Source of the DNA: Pseudomonadota bacterium | GTDB lineage: Bacteria; Pseudomonadota; Gammaproteobacteria; Steroidobacterales; Steroidobacteraceae | Reading direction: 5' to 3' | DNA length: 64,000 nt | Assembly: GCA_023391815.1 (NCBI GenBank) | Contig: JAEWAF010000023.1 | Location: 14,663 to 78,662, forward strand | Shown: piece after piece, positions 18,377 through 27,621 of the stretch | How positions within the stretch are numbered: position 1 is the first letter of the stretch | How the letters are laid out: every line of letters starts with the position of its first letter | Made by a program: the position numbers and the translations under genes | The notes under the pieces: model-generated | The model's database searches: none | The model's input: the letters and a program-made list of their open reading frames with translations, nothing else | What the model was told of the DNA's origin: nothing

Positions 18377-18697
18377 TCAGACTCGCGGGTCGGGCGCAAC
18401 CTGGTCGGGCCGACCTTCCTGAAGAATCATTCGACCGTTCGTGGTCGCCGCGCGCCGGAACTCGGACAGACGTTGATACTCTGGATCGTTGTACCAGGCT
18501 TCCGCCGAGGCGCGGTCTGGAAACTCCAGGATCACCATGCGCTCGCCGAAGGTCTCGCCTTCGGACGTGGTCACCTGGTCGCCGCGGGTCAGAAAACGGC
18601 CACCGTACTTTCTCAACGTCTGCGGCGTGTGATCGGAGTACTTTCGAAAGGTCACCGGATCGTGAACCTTCATCGTGCAGATCATGTAAGCGGCCAT
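18377..18697 (-). CDS. DUF1330 domain protein
   Basis: MAAYMICTMKVHDP..FRKY......KYGGRFLTRG...EGE....MVILEFPDRASAEAWYNDPEYQ, typical of DUF1330. Confidence 0.85.
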   Translation of the reverse strand: MAAYMICTMKVHDPVTFRKYSDHTPQTLRKYGGRFLTRGDQVTTSEGETFGERMVILEFPDRASAEAWYNDPEYQRLSEFRRAATTNGRMILQEGRPDQVAPDPRV

Positions 18698-18812
18698 CTC
18701 GCGTCTCCTCGATTGGCCGATGCAGTGTACTGCGCGGCAAGCAGAAATTTTTCCTAAATGGCCTGTGCTACAGTTTCCGGCACGCTGTCAACGCCCGGTG
18801 TCGAGGTTGCAA

Positions 18813-19607
18813 ATGCACGCCAGCCAGGTTCGTGCGATCGTCGATCGATTGGAAGACCACGTCCGGAGCCGTACCCGCTTCCAGCTCTATCGCATCGACA
18901 ATCGCCCCGCGACCCTCGATGACGCGTACGCCATTCAAGCCGAAATTCTGAGCCGAGCGCTCCGCGACGGCACCGATAGCATCGCCGGTTACAAGGTGGG
19001 GCTCACCACCGGGAAGATGCAACAGTTCTGTGGCGTGGCCGAGCCGATCGCAGGCCGCGTTCTCAAGAGCGGTGTCCACAAGGACGGCGCAACGCTGCGT
19101 AAATCGGACTTCCATCGGTTGGGCATCGAGAGCGAGCTCGCTTTGCGCATCGGCAAGGAGATTCCAGCGCTTCGACCGGACACGAGCGCGCAAGAGTTGC
19201 TCGGCTACGTCGATGCAATCGCGGCCGCCTTCGAAGTCATCGACGACCGCGACGCCGACTACAGCCACCTCGAAGCCAGCTCGATCGCCGCTGAGAACAG
19301 CTGGAACAAAGGCATCGTGCTCGGCGAGCCCGTGTCGCCCGCCGCTTTCGGCGACCTGCGTGGCCTGGAGGGGCGGCTGCTCGTCAACGGTTCGCAGGTC
19401 GCGACCGGCTCCAGCAGCGACGTGTTGTCCGGCCCACTCTTCATCCTCGCCTGGATTGCCGGTTTCGCTCGCGAGGCCGGCGAAGCGCTTCGTCCAGGCC
19501 AGTGGATCATGACCGGCTCGATCATCCCGACGAAGTTCGCCGTCGAAGGCGAGACGTATTCTTTTCAGCTCGCCACGCTGCCGGCGGTGACGGTCAAGAT
19601 CAGCTGA
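18813..19607 (+). CDS. 2-keto-4-pentenoate hydratase/2-oxohepta-3-ene-1,7-dioate hydratase family protein
   Basis: LDDAYAIQAEI....IAGYKVGLTTGKMQQ....EPIAGRVL...ELALRIGKE...WIMTGSI is an MhpD/HpcG-like pattern. ATG at 18813. Confidence 0.85.
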   Translation: MHASQVRAIVDRLEDHVRSRTRFQLYRIDNRPATLDDAYAIQAEILSRALRDGTDSIAGYKVGLTTGKMQQFCGVAEPIAGRVLKSGVHKDGATLRKSDFHRLGIESELALRIGKEIPALRPDTSAQELLGYVDAIAAAFEVIDDRDADYSHLEASSIAAENSWNKGIVLGEPVSPAAFGDLRGLEGRLLVNGSQVATGSSSDVLSGPLFILAWIAGFAREAGEALRPGQWIMTGSIIPTKFAVEGETYSFQLATLPAVTVKIS

Positions 19608-19736
19608 CGCCGCGCTCATTCAAGCTCGACTCGCCGACCATCGCGCGGATTGCGCGGTCACGCTCCCGGACATGGAAGTCTGTCACGACGCCCTAATCTC
19701 CCGCGTCTAAGTAACTACTGCTCCGAGGAGAGGGAT

Positions 19737-20057
19737 ATGGCTTGGGTACTGCTCGTCATCGCGGGACTGTGCGAGATCGTCTGGGCCACGGGCCTCAAAC
19801 ATACCGAGGGCTTCACCCGCTTCTGGCCGAGCGTCATCACGATTGCCGCCATGGTCGTGAGCATCGTGCTGCTCGGAATTGCGATGAAATCGCTGCCAGT
19901 GGGGACCTCCTATGCGGTGTGGGTGGGTATCGGCGCGGTCGGAACAGCGCTGATGGGCATCCTGCTGCTGGGTGAACCCGCGACCGCCAGTCGTCTAGGC
20001 AGCCTCGCATTGATCGTCGCCGGCATCATTGGCCTGAAGCTGGCGACGCCCACCTGA
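19737..20057 (+). CDS. sugE: SMR-family transporter SugE/Gdx (guanidinium/quaternary cation exporter)
   Basis: [32 protein letters not shown]...[29 protein letters not shown]. 106 aa, four TM segments, conserved Glu in TM1. GAGGAGAGGG precedes the ATG. Confidence 0.9.
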   Translation: MAWVLLVIAGLCEIVWATGLKHTEGFTRFWPSVITIAAMVVSIVLLGIAMKSLPVGTSYAVWVGIGAVGTALMGILLLGEPATASRLGSLALIVAGIIGLKLATPT

Positions 20058-20145
20058 ACCGACGCCGGTCGCCCTTCACGCGAGTTGATTTATCTGGCAT
20101 ACATCGTGCGTTCGTCGACAGGGCAACAACAATCCTGGAGCACCC

Positions 20146-21747
20146 GTGCGATTGCATCGATCGTTCCGCCTGGCCACGCTGGCCGCACTGCTGATCGGCT
20201 ACACCTTTTGCGCGCGAGCCGCATCCATTGACTTCGACGCGGCGACCATTGCCGACCTGAATCAAGCATTCAAGGCCGGAACGCTCTCATCGGAACAACT
20301 GGTCCAGGAATGCCTGGCGCGCATCGAGGCCTATGACAACAACGGGCCGAAGCTCAACGCGGTGATTACGCTGAATCCGAAAGCGCTCGAGATCGCCCGC
20401 GCGCTCGATGCCGAACGTAAGAGCAAAGGCCCGCGCTCACCGTTGCATGGCGTGCCGGTGCTGTTGAAAGACAACTACGACACTTTCGATATGCCGACCA
20501 CCGGCGGCTCGGTGATGCTGGAGAACTGGGTGCCGCCCGACGATGCGTTCGTCGTCAAGAAGCTTCGCGATGCCGGAGCAATCATTCTCGGCAAACTCAA
20601 CCTTTCCGAGTTCGCCTCGGGGGCCGCACACAGTTCGCTCCGTGGCCAGACGCGTAATCCGCACGATCCCACGCGTACGCCCTCAGGCTCGTCCGGCGGA
20701 ACAGGCGCGGCCATCGCGGCCGCTTATGCGCCGCTCGGGCTGGGAACAGATACAGGCGGCTCCATTCGCGGGCCCGCAACGTCCAACGGCATCGTGGGTC
20801 TGAAGCCCACCCATGGATTGATGAGCCGCGACGGCATCATCCCACTGTCGCTCACGTTCGATACCGGTGGCCCGATGGCACGGAGTGTCTATGACGTCGC
20901 CGTGTCCCTCGGCGTCATGACGGGCGTCGATCCCGCCGATCCGGCCACTCAAAAGAGCAAAGGAAAGTTCGCCACCGACTACACGCGGTTTCTCAAAGCG
21001 GATGCCTTGAAAGGCGCACGCATCGGCATCGCACGAGACTTCCTCGGCGCCGACCCGGACGTCGATTGGGTGATCGAATCGGCGCTCGAGTCGATGCGCA
21101 AGGCCGGTGCGACGGTCGTCGATGTGCGCTATCCGAAGTGGCTTCTCGACAGTAAAGAGGAGTTTTACGCCGCGGTCCGCCGTCCGGAGTTTGCGGTTCA
21201 GATCGGCACCTATCTTGCGGCCACCGGGCCAGGCTTTCCCAAGACGCTCGATGAGTTGATCGCCCGCTCGAACGACGTGAGATCGCTGCGGGCCGGCGGC
21301 GGGGGCCCGAATCCCGTGCGCTGGTCGCTCTTCAAGAAAGAAGCCGAGGCCGGCAAGCTGGATGACTATCGTTATCTGTCCGTGCGCGATCACGCGCTGC
21401 CGATGGTGCGAATGGTTGTCGAGGGCATCCTCGCCGCCGAGAAACTCGACGCCATCGTCTATCCGACCTCGCCCCGCCGCCCCGCTTTGATCGCGGAGAC
21501 ACCCACCGTTCCCGAAGCCAACTCAGCGGTGAACATCGCGAACCTCACCGGCTTTCCCGATTTGATCGTCCCCGCCGGCTTCACGACGGACGATCTGCCC
21601 GTCGGCATCTCCTTCTTCGGCCCGGCCTTCAGCGAACCGAAGTTGTTGGCGCTCGGCTATAGCTTCGAACAGGCAACGCGCGTGCGCCGCCTCCCCGCGC
21701 ACACGCCGGCGTTACCGAATCAGGCGATCATCGTTGAATCGGAATGA
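20146..21747 (+). CDS. Exported amidase (amidase-signature family)
   Basis: HGVPVLLKDNYD..MPTTGGS and RTPSGSSGGTGAAIAA (GGSSGG-type AS signature), DTGGSIRGPA. GTG start with GGAG upstream. Signal-like N-terminus. Confidence 0.9.
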   Translation: MRLHRSFRLATLAALLIGYTFCARAASIDFDAATIADLNQAFKAGTLSSEQLVQECLARIEAYDNNGPKLNAVITLNPKALEIARALDAERKSKGPRSPLHGVPVLLKDNYDTFDMPTTGGSVMLENWVPPDDAFVVKKLRDAGAIILGKLNLSEFASGAAHSSLRGQTRNPHDPTRTPSGSSGGTGAAIAAAYAPLGLGTDTGGSIRGPATSNGIVGLKPTHGLMSRDGIIPLSLTFDTGGPMARSVYDVAVSLGVMTGVDPADPATQKSKGKFATDYTRFLKADALKGARIGIARDFLGADPDVDWVIESALESMRKAGATVVDVRYPKWLLDSKEEFYAAVRRPEFAVQIGTYLAATGPGFPKTLDELIARSNDVRSLRAGGGGPNPVRWSLFKKEAEAGKLDDYRYLSVRDHALPMVRMVVEGILAAEKLDAIVYPTSPRRPALIAETPTVPEANSAVNIANLTGFPDLIVPAGFTTDDLPVGISFFGPAFSEPKLLALGYSFEQATRVRRLPAHTPALPNQAIIVESE

Positions 21748-21771
21748 CCTGCTTCGTTCAAGGACGACTCG

Positions 21772-22455
21772 ATGCGGAAATGGATCAGTCATCACAGCGC
21801 CAGTGAACGGATGCCCCGGCACCGCCATGCCGATGCGTACGCGGCCATCGTCCTGGCGGGCGGCTACATCGAGGCCGGAGATCACGGGCGGATGCGCGTG
21901 CAACCCGGCGATGTCGTGATCCATCACGCGCACGAAGCGCACCAGGATCACTTCTCGAAGACCGGGGCCGTCGTGCTGAACCTCCCGTCCATCGAAGGAC
22001 TCGATGCGATGACCGGGCGCGTGCCCGATCCCGATGTGATCGCACGACTGTCCGAACGTGACATCGTCGGCGCGATCGCGCTGTTGAAAGAAACAATCCA
22101 GCCGCGCGATATGCGACTGCTCGACTGGCCAGATCAACTTGCCGCCGCGCTCGCGTCGACCCTCGAGTTCAGCATCGAGCAGTGGGCCGCCCAAATGCGC
22201 CTGGCGCCCCAGTCGATCAGTCGAGGCTTTCGCCAGGCATATGGCGTCAGCCCCAAACGTTACCGATTGGAACAACGTACCTTGCGCGCGATTAGCAACC
22301 TGCGCACCTGGACCGGCAGCCTGGCCGATCTGGCGGCCGAGTCAGGCTTCGCGGACCAATCGCACTTGACCCGCGCGATCGTGGCGTTGACCGGTCTCGC
22401 TCCGAGCCGCCTGAAAGTTAAGTCCGTTCAAGAGGAATACAGCGCGCATCGTTAG
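21772..22455 (+). CDS. AraC family transcriptional regulator (cupin N-domain)
   Basis: HRHADAYAAIVLAGGYIEAG...GDVVIHHAHEAHQD (cupin) and the C-terminal HTH SISRGFRQAYGVSPKRYRLEQR...AAESGFADQSHLTRA. Confidence 0.85.
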   Translation: MRKWISHHSASERMPRHRHADAYAAIVLAGGYIEAGDHGRMRVQPGDVVIHHAHEAHQDHFSKTGAVVLNLPSIEGLDAMTGRVPDPDVIARLSERDIVGAIALLKETIQPRDMRLLDWPDQLAAALASTLEFSIEQWAAQMRLAPQSISRGFRQAYGVSPKRYRLEQRTLRAISNLRTWTGSLADLAAESGFADQSHLTRAIVALTGLAPSRLKVKSVQEEYSAHR

Positions 22456-22465
22456 ATTGCGCGAC

Positions 22466-23626
22466 ATGAATCGCCGATCCTTTCTCAGTATCGCACTCAC
22501 GGCTCTCGCCGCCCTTCCGCTCCGTCATGCCCTCGCGGCTGGAGCGGCCACGCCGAATAAAACACGCTGGCAAGTCCGCACGTCCGAAGGGTTCGATGCG
22601 CTTGCCTTTCTCGGACCGCTGTCGGGCGAGGCGTTATATACAAAATATTACGGTGATGACGCCGCGGCGTTCGCCAAACGTCTGCCCACCGCGGTCGTCG
22701 AAGATATTGCGAAGTTGTGGAGTGAAGCGAACGCTTCCGGCTTCGGCCTGCTCGGCCCGAACCTGTCCGTCTTGCTTTCCACGAACGGCAACGATGCGAG
22801 TATCGAAACCATCTTGGCGGCGCTCGCGGCGCGCGAGGAGCGCGTTCGCCCGAGCTACCAAGCAAGCCCGTACTGGGACGAGGCGAACTGGAAATGGTTC
22901 GACAACGCCGCGCCTCGACTCCTCACCGTCTTCACCGCCATGCGCGACGCGGGCTTTGCGGCGTTTCGCAATGAACGCGTCGGCTCCGCCTTGTCGACGC
23001 GGGTGACCGAGCTGCGAAACCAGCTGAACAATTTCGACGTCATCACCTGGCATGAAAAGCTGACCGGCCGAACGTTCGACCCGACCATCGAGATCGTGCT
23101 GCTCCAGTTCTCCAAACCTCACGGCATCAAGGTTCAGGGACAAACGTTTCTTCAGGCGTCCGACTATGACGTGGCGACGACGGTGCGCATTGCCGCTCAC
23201 GAGATGTTGCATCCTCCTGTCGTCATGGACGGCCCCGCCGCAACCGGCGCCTTGGCCGTTCTGAAACGCGACGCGCTCATCATGAAGATCGTGCGCGAGC
23301 ACGATCCGCGCTGGGGATACACGTCACTCGAAGGCGTGCTGAATGAAGACCTGGCGCAAGCACTGGATCAACTCATCAGCGAAGCCCTCGGCGTCGGCCG
23401 CAACCCCGCGGATCGTTGGCGAAAGTCGGATGACGGCATGCACGTCCTGGCCGCCGCCTTCTACGGCATGTTGCGACAGGATCGCTGGGTCGAGACCGGC
23501 GGATCTTTAGAAACATGGCTGGCCAAAGCCGTCAGCCAGGGCCGGCTCGCTCCGGAGAAATTGCACCCTGTGGCGGCACGTGTGCTGGAACGGCCGGTGG
23601 ATAGGCTTTGGCCGCTGGCAAAATGA
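22466..23626 (+). CDS. Tat-signal hypothetical protein with HExxH motif (putative zinc metallohydrolase)
   Basis: MNRRSFLSIALTALAALPLRHALA (twin-Arg). Single HExxH in VRIAAHEMLHPP. The track start at 22457 is TTG, so the ATG at 22466 is used. It begins 11 nt after the AraC stop. Confidence 0.75.
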   Translation: MNRRSFLSIALTALAALPLRHALAAGAATPNKTRWQVRTSEGFDALAFLGPLSGEALYTKYYGDDAAAFAKRLPTAVVEDIAKLWSEANASGFGLLGPNLSVLLSTNGNDASIETILAALAAREERVRPSYQASPYWDEANWKWFDNAAPRLLTVFTAMRDAGFAAFRNERVGSALSTRVTELRNQLNNFDVITWHEKLTGRTFDPTIEIVLLQFSKPHGIKVQGQTFLQASDYDVATTVRIAAHEMLHPPVVMDGPAATGALAVLKRDALIMKIVREHDPRWGYTSLEGVLNEDLAQALDQLISEALGVGRNPADRWRKSDDGMHVLAAAFYGMLRQDRWVETGGSLETWLAKAVSQGRLAPEKLHPVAARVLERPVDRLWPLAK

Positions 23627-23782
23627 GCGGCTTGGGCGTCGCGCCCTGAGGCGCCAATGCACGCAACGGCTAATATACTGACCGTCAGACTCGAGAAGCA
23701 CAATGAAGCGCGACCCGGGGTGTCAGTGATAGATGGAATGTGCAGGCTGCGGCGTCTTTCGGAAACTTGTTAGGCGAACAGA

Positions 23783-24013
23783 ATGGGAATCCGATTTGCG
23801 GATGGCGAAGAGTATTTGCGGATGTATCCGCGCTTGCTGAAATGGATCAACGTTTGTACGGCATGTGGCGCAAAGGGCTACAAACCAGAAATGCCGCCCA
23901 ATAATGACCCGAAATTCAGCGGTCAGAATCTGCGCCGATATTTCAAGCCACTTGCACTGAATGAACTAGGTCGTTGCGAGCAATGTGCGCTATACGGCGA
24001 CAAACAGACATGA
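23783..24013 (+). CDS. Small Cys4 (CxxC...CxxC) zinc-ribbon-like hypothetical protein in an A/T-richer islet
   Basis: 76 aa with NVCTACGAKGY and GRCEQCALYG. Codon usage is visibly A/T-richer than neighbouring genes (TTT, TAT, AAA, AAT, GAT). Weak SD. Confidence 0.5.
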   Translation: MGIRFADGEEYLRMYPRLLKWINVCTACGAKGYKPEMPPNNDPKFSGQNLRRYFKPLALNELGRCEQCALYGDKQT

Positions 24014-24159
24014 CGCCGGCATCGATGTGCGCGCTACTAAGGGAGGAATGTAGCAACTCGGGCGCAATACCATCGGCGTTTTTGCGCGCCAGGTCGCATA
24101 CCCTTGCGCCAGAACAAATCGACAACAGCAGGACTTCGCTGCAGTCCGCTTCCGACTCT

Positions 24160-24663
24160 CTAGTGCGCGGCGAGCTTTTTCATGGACACCACATGCGCCA
24201 CCAACTGATCGAGCGCGATCTCGGTTCCCTGCTGCCAACCCGACGATTTGTTCTTTTCCAAGTCCGCTTCATCCCGGTGCAGCGCTGTAAAGACGTAGCG
24301 AGTTCCGGTTCCGACGGATTCCAGGGTGACGATGGCGGTGATCGGAATGTCGTCGAAGACGGCGGGGCGATAGCCGGGAAATAACATCGAGGTCCAGCTG
24401 AGCCGCTGCATCGGGACGACTTCGAGGAAACAGCCGAGATTGGGAAACACCTGACCATCTGCTCCAGCAATGTCGATGCTGAACATGCCGCCGGGACGCA
24501 CCTCCAGCTCGCAGTTGGCGACCGCGCCCCAAGCCTTGGGCATGTACCACTCCTTGAGGTGTTCCGGTTTGGTCAACGCTTCCCACACCAGATGCTTGGG
24601 AGCGTCGATAAAACGTTCCAGAACCAGATCCAGTTTCGGATCGATCTTGAAGTGCTTGCTCAT
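24160..24663 (-). CDS. SRPBCC/AHSA1 (Aha1-like) domain protein
   Basis: LVLERFIDAPKHLVWEALTKPEHLKEWY...GGMFSI......RLSWT... resembles the activator-of-Hsp90-ATPase-homologue-like START fold. Its ATG overlaps the arsR-like stop (ATGA). Confidence 0.88.
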   Translation of the reverse strand: MSKHFKIDPKLDLVLERFIDAPKHLVWEALTKPEHLKEWYMPKAWGAVANCELEVRPGGMFSIDIAGADGQVFPNLGCFLEVVPMQRLSWTSMLFPGYRPAVFDDIPITAIVTLESVGTGTRYVFTALHRDEADLEKNKSSGWQQGTEIALDQLVAHVVSMKKLAAH

Positions 24664-25001
24664 GACTTCGATTCCGTTTCCTTGAGTCGTTTGACGTAGT
24701 TGTCGAACCGGTCGAGGCGGGCTTCCCACAACCGACGCTGCCCGGACAGCCAATCCTCGGCGACCTTGAAACGCTCGGGTATGAGCTCATAGGTTCGCAC
24801 CCGGCCGCACTTCTTCGACTTCACGAGCCGGCTCTGTTCGAGCACCGAAAGGTGCTGCACGAACGAGGGAAGTTTCATGTCGAATGGCGCGGCCAGCTCG
24901 CTCACCGTCGCCGGCCCGGACGACAGCTGCTCGAGCACTTTCCGCCGGGTCGAATTGGACAAAGCATAGAAAACATCGTCAGCGACCGCGGATTGAGCCA
25001 T
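24660..25001 (-). CDS. ArsR/SmtB family transcriptional regulator
   Basis: VFYALSNSTRRKVLEQLSSGPATVSELAAPFDMKLPSFVQHLSVLEQSRLVKSKKCGRVRTYEL is a winged HTH. ATG at 25001 preferred over the GTG at 25007. Confidence 0.88.
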   Translation of the reverse strand: MAQSAVADDVFYALSNSTRRKVLEQLSSGPATVSELAAPFDMKLPSFVQHLSVLEQSRLVKSKKCGRVRTYELIPERFKVAEDWLSGQRRLWEARLDRFDNYVKRLKETESKS

Positions 25002-25038
25002 TGCCACACCAGCCGATGGGGTTGGAAGAGAGTCTATC

Positions 25039-25087
25039 GTCGAATCGAAACTAAGGTCAATCCCTAACTATTTTTTGTCGATTCAAC
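25039..25087. promoter_or_regulatory. Imperfect inverted repeat upstream of the arsR-SRPBCC operon (candidate autoregulatory operator)
   Basis: GTCGAATCGAAA (25039..25050) and TGTCGATTCAAC (25076..25087) are reverse complements at 10 of 12 positions. They lie 38-86 nt upstream of the arsR-like start. Confidence 0.3.
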
Positions 25088-25155
25088 ACAGAGATCGAGC
25101 ACGCAACGGATCGGCAGTACCCTGGCGTCACGCAACCGAGCATCTCACACCCACC

Positions 25156-25728
25156 TCAAGCACCCGCGGCAGACTCACCCTTCTGTACGTCGTAACGCAA
25201 TTCCGCCATCCCCGATCCCATTTGACGAACAGACGTGAGGCGTAGAACCGGGCTGCGCACTCTGCGAGGGAAGAGCGGCTTGCCGCGGGCTAGCGTGCAC
25301 GAGCCGATCTGAAGAATGAGTTGATCGAGCAGTCCGCAATCGTGGAACTGGCCGGCAAGATCTCCGCCCCCGACGATCCACAGGTTCTTGGCACCGGCGG
25401 CAGCTCGCATCTCGGCATGCGCCTGGCGAACATCTCCGCTGGTGAAGCGAATGTTCGCTCCCGCCAATGCAGGGAGCTTGCGAGTAGTGAATATCCAAGC
25501 GGGTTGGCTATAAGGCCAGGCGGAACCCGCCTGCGCGGCCACCTTGTCCGCGTTCCTGAGCATCCATTCATAGGTCGACGATCCCATCGCCAAAGCGCCC
25601 ACGCCCGAGATGAAGTCCGGATAGCTGGAGTCGTTCAAATCACCGAGCGAAAACAGCCAATCGAGCGAGTCGTCCTCGGTCGCAATGAAGCCGTCGAGCG
25701 TGGTTGCCGCGTAGTAGATAGTTTTCAT
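25156..25728 (-). CDS. Dihydrofolate reductase-like (RibD C-terminal domain) family protein
   Basis: MKTIYYAATTLDGFIATEDDSLDWL...ALAMGSSTYEWM...LWIVGGGDLAGQF is a RibD_C pattern. Internal ATG at 25728; the 92-aa upstream extension is Arg/Ser-rich and implausible. Confidence 0.85.
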   Translation of the reverse strand: MKTIYYAATTLDGFIATEDDSLDWLFSLGDLNDSSYPDFISGVGALAMGSSTYEWMLRNADKVAAQAGSAWPYSQPAWIFTTRKLPALAGANIRFTSGDVRQAHAEMRAAAGAKNLWIVGGGDLAGQFHDCGLLDQLILQIGSCTLARGKPLFPRRVRSPVLRLTSVRQMGSGMAELRYDVQKGESAAGA

Positions 25729-25937
25729 GCCGTGAGGGTTCTCCAATGACGGATCGTGCGGACCAGCGCGCGATCGAACCGGCATCCATGATATCGCTCG
25801 GTCGTTGACATCGGCCGTCATGGAATCGAGCGTATCGGTCCCGAGCAGATGACTCGCTCGACGTCTTTGCAGGGAACCTGCCGGCGGCACCGTCGTTGCA
25901 TCTGTATCGCACAGGGGCGATGCAGGGCTGATCGTGT

Positions 25938-27191
25938 ATGGCCAAGAAAAGCGCAGCCGAAATCCTGACGATCGCGGGGCGCGAGGTCGCGATTTCGAAT
26001 CCACACAAAGTACTGTTCCCCGAACCGAAGTACACCAAGCTCGACCTGGTGCAATACTATGTGGCCGTGAGCGAAGGAGCGCTGCGGGGCGCGGGCGGAC
26101 GGCCGAACATGCTGGTTCGCTACCCGAACGGAATCGAGAGCGAGCATTTCTATCAAAAGCGCGCGCCCAGCAGTCGACCGCCCTGGATCGAAGTGGTCGA
26201 ACTACACTTTCCTTCCGGCCGGGCCGCGGAGGAAGTCGTGCCGCGCGATGCCGCCGCGCTGGCCTGGCTCGCGAATCTCGCTTGCCTCGAGTTGCATCCG
26301 CATCCAGTGCGAGCCGAGGATCTCGATCACCCCGATGAGCTGCGCGTTGATCTGGACCCTGTGCCGGGGATCACGTGGCAGCAGGTCCAGAAAGTCGCCC
26401 TGATCGCTCGATCTGTGCTGGAAGATTTCAAGCTCGTCGGCTGGCCCAAGACGTCGGGCTCGCGCGGCATGCACATCGTCGTGCGTCTCGAACCGCGTTG
26501 GACGTTCGATCAAGTCCGGCTCGCGGCACTCGCGCTGGCGCGTGAAGTCGAGCACCGCGCTCCGAAACTCGCGACAAGTAAATGGTGGAAGGAAGAGCGC
26601 CAGGGTGTGTTCGTGGATTACAACCAGAACGCCAAGGATCGCACCGTCGCCGCTGCATATTCAGTGCGACCGAGACCAGACGCGCGCGTCTCCGCGCCGC
26701 TCTCGTGGGATGAAGTCGAGGACTGCGATCCTGCGGACTTCACATTGGCCACGATGCCAGCTCGCTTCAAGAAATCGGGCGATCTGCATGCAGGGATCGA
26801 TGAGCACGCCGGCTCCATCGAGGGGCTGCTAGAGCTGTTCGAGCGTCAGGGCCTGGGCGATGCGCCCTGGCCACCGCACTATCGCAGACAGAAATCAGAG
26901 CCGCCTCGCGTGCAACCGTCCAAGCGCAAGGCCAAGCTTCCGCTAATCGAGATCGGTCGCGCACGCCGTAAGGAAGACGCTTTGTCCGGGGTGGAGCGCT
27001 GGAAAGAGCGACACCCGAAAGCGGCAGCTCATTTGGAGCCGGCGGATATATTGGTAGACGCCATGCGCGGACGATACACCACCTGGACTCGGACTCGGAT
27101 CAATCTACAGCACGTTCCCTCGGCGCTGAGACCGACTCAGGAGCCGCTCGATCCGGACGAGAAAATCCGCTCGACCAAGACTCACGCTTAG
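25938..27191 (+). CDS. Stand-alone LigD-type NHEJ polymerase/primase (AEP) domain protein with basic C-terminal extension
   Basis: ISNPHKVLFPE..YTKLDLVQYY, LVGWPKTSGSRGMHIVV and VFVDYNQNAKDRTVAAAYSVRP match LigD Pol-domain blocks. About 120 extra C-terminal residues (PSKRKAKLPLIEIGRARRKEDAL...). Confidence 0.9.
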   Translation: MAKKSAAEILTIAGREVAISNPHKVLFPEPKYTKLDLVQYYVAVSEGALRGAGGRPNMLVRYPNGIESEHFYQKRAPSSRPPWIEVVELHFPSGRAAEEVVPRDAAALAWLANLACLELHPHPVRAEDLDHPDELRVDLDPVPGITWQQVQKVALIARSVLEDFKLVGWPKTSGSRGMHIVVRLEPRWTFDQVRLAALALAREVEHRAPKLATSKWWKEERQGVFVDYNQNAKDRTVAAAYSVRPRPDARVSAPLSWDEVEDCDPADFTLATMPARFKKSGDLHAGIDEHAGSIEGLLELFERQGLGDAPWPPHYRRQKSEPPRVQPSKRKAKLPLIEIGRARRKEDALSGVERWKERHPKAAAHLEPADILVDAMRGRYTTWTRTRINLQHVPSALRPTQEPLDPDEKIRSTKTHA

Positions 27192-27197
27192 CTCTGT

Positions 27198-27617
27198 TCA
27201 CACCAGCTCGACATCAACCCGATCCAGCCGCACACCGACACCCTGACGAAGCGTGTTCTGGATCTCCGCGACTCGATCGGTGTGCTGTAACAGCTGTCTC
27301 ACAGCGTCTTCACTCGCGCCGCGTGCCGCGACTCGCGCTCGGTACGTCACGTTCCGAGCGGGTTCGCCAACGCCGCCGAACTCGCCTTCCACTTCCACCT
27401 CGACGCTCTCGACCGCGATCCCCGCTTTCTCGGCTTCCCGATAGACGTCATTGCAGTAGCAGGTGGCAAGAGCGAGGAATAGCAGCTCTCCTCCATTCGC
27501 GCTCGAACCGAAGCCGCCCGGTTTGGGAGGAATCTGGATCGAGCGCTCATTCTGGTTGGTGCTGAGCGTTACGCGATGGACACCCTGTCGATTCTCGACC
27601 TGAGCCCGGATGTTCAT
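27198..27617 (-). CDS. OsmC family peroxiredoxin-like protein
   Basis: GGFGSSANGGELLFLALATCYCNDV...RVAEIQNTL is an OsmC/Ohr fold signature with a conserved Cys. Confidence 0.88.
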   Translation of the reverse strand: MNIRAQVENRQGVHRVTLSTNQNERSIQIPPKPGGFGSSANGGELLFLALATCYCNDVYREAEKAGIAVESVEVEVEGEFGGVGEPARNVTYRARVAARGASEDAVRQLLQHTDRVAEIQNTLRQGVGVRLDRVDVELV

Positions 27618-27621
27618 ATCT

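Noticed and set aside
19608-19736. Guanidine riboswitch (ykkC, mini-ykkC or ykkC-III) expected upstream of sugE/gdx
   Set aside because: I found no pair of GC stems capped by ACGR tetraloops, no CCGGACGAGG-type guanidine-III core, and no GGGA/ACGG/CCCGGGAGA guanidine-I blocks. The only feature is a small CGCGC-GGATT-GCGCG hairpin. A covariance-model scan (Rfam RF00442, RF01068, RF01763) would be decisive.
25897-25924. SOS/LexA box upstream of the LigD-Pol gene (CTGTATCGCACAG inside an inverted repeat TGCATC...GATGCA)
   Set aside because: The CTGT and ACAG arms are spaced by 5 nt, not the 8 nt of the gammaproteobacterial LexA box, and the inner bases are not palindromic. Only a weak 6-bp inverted repeat remains.
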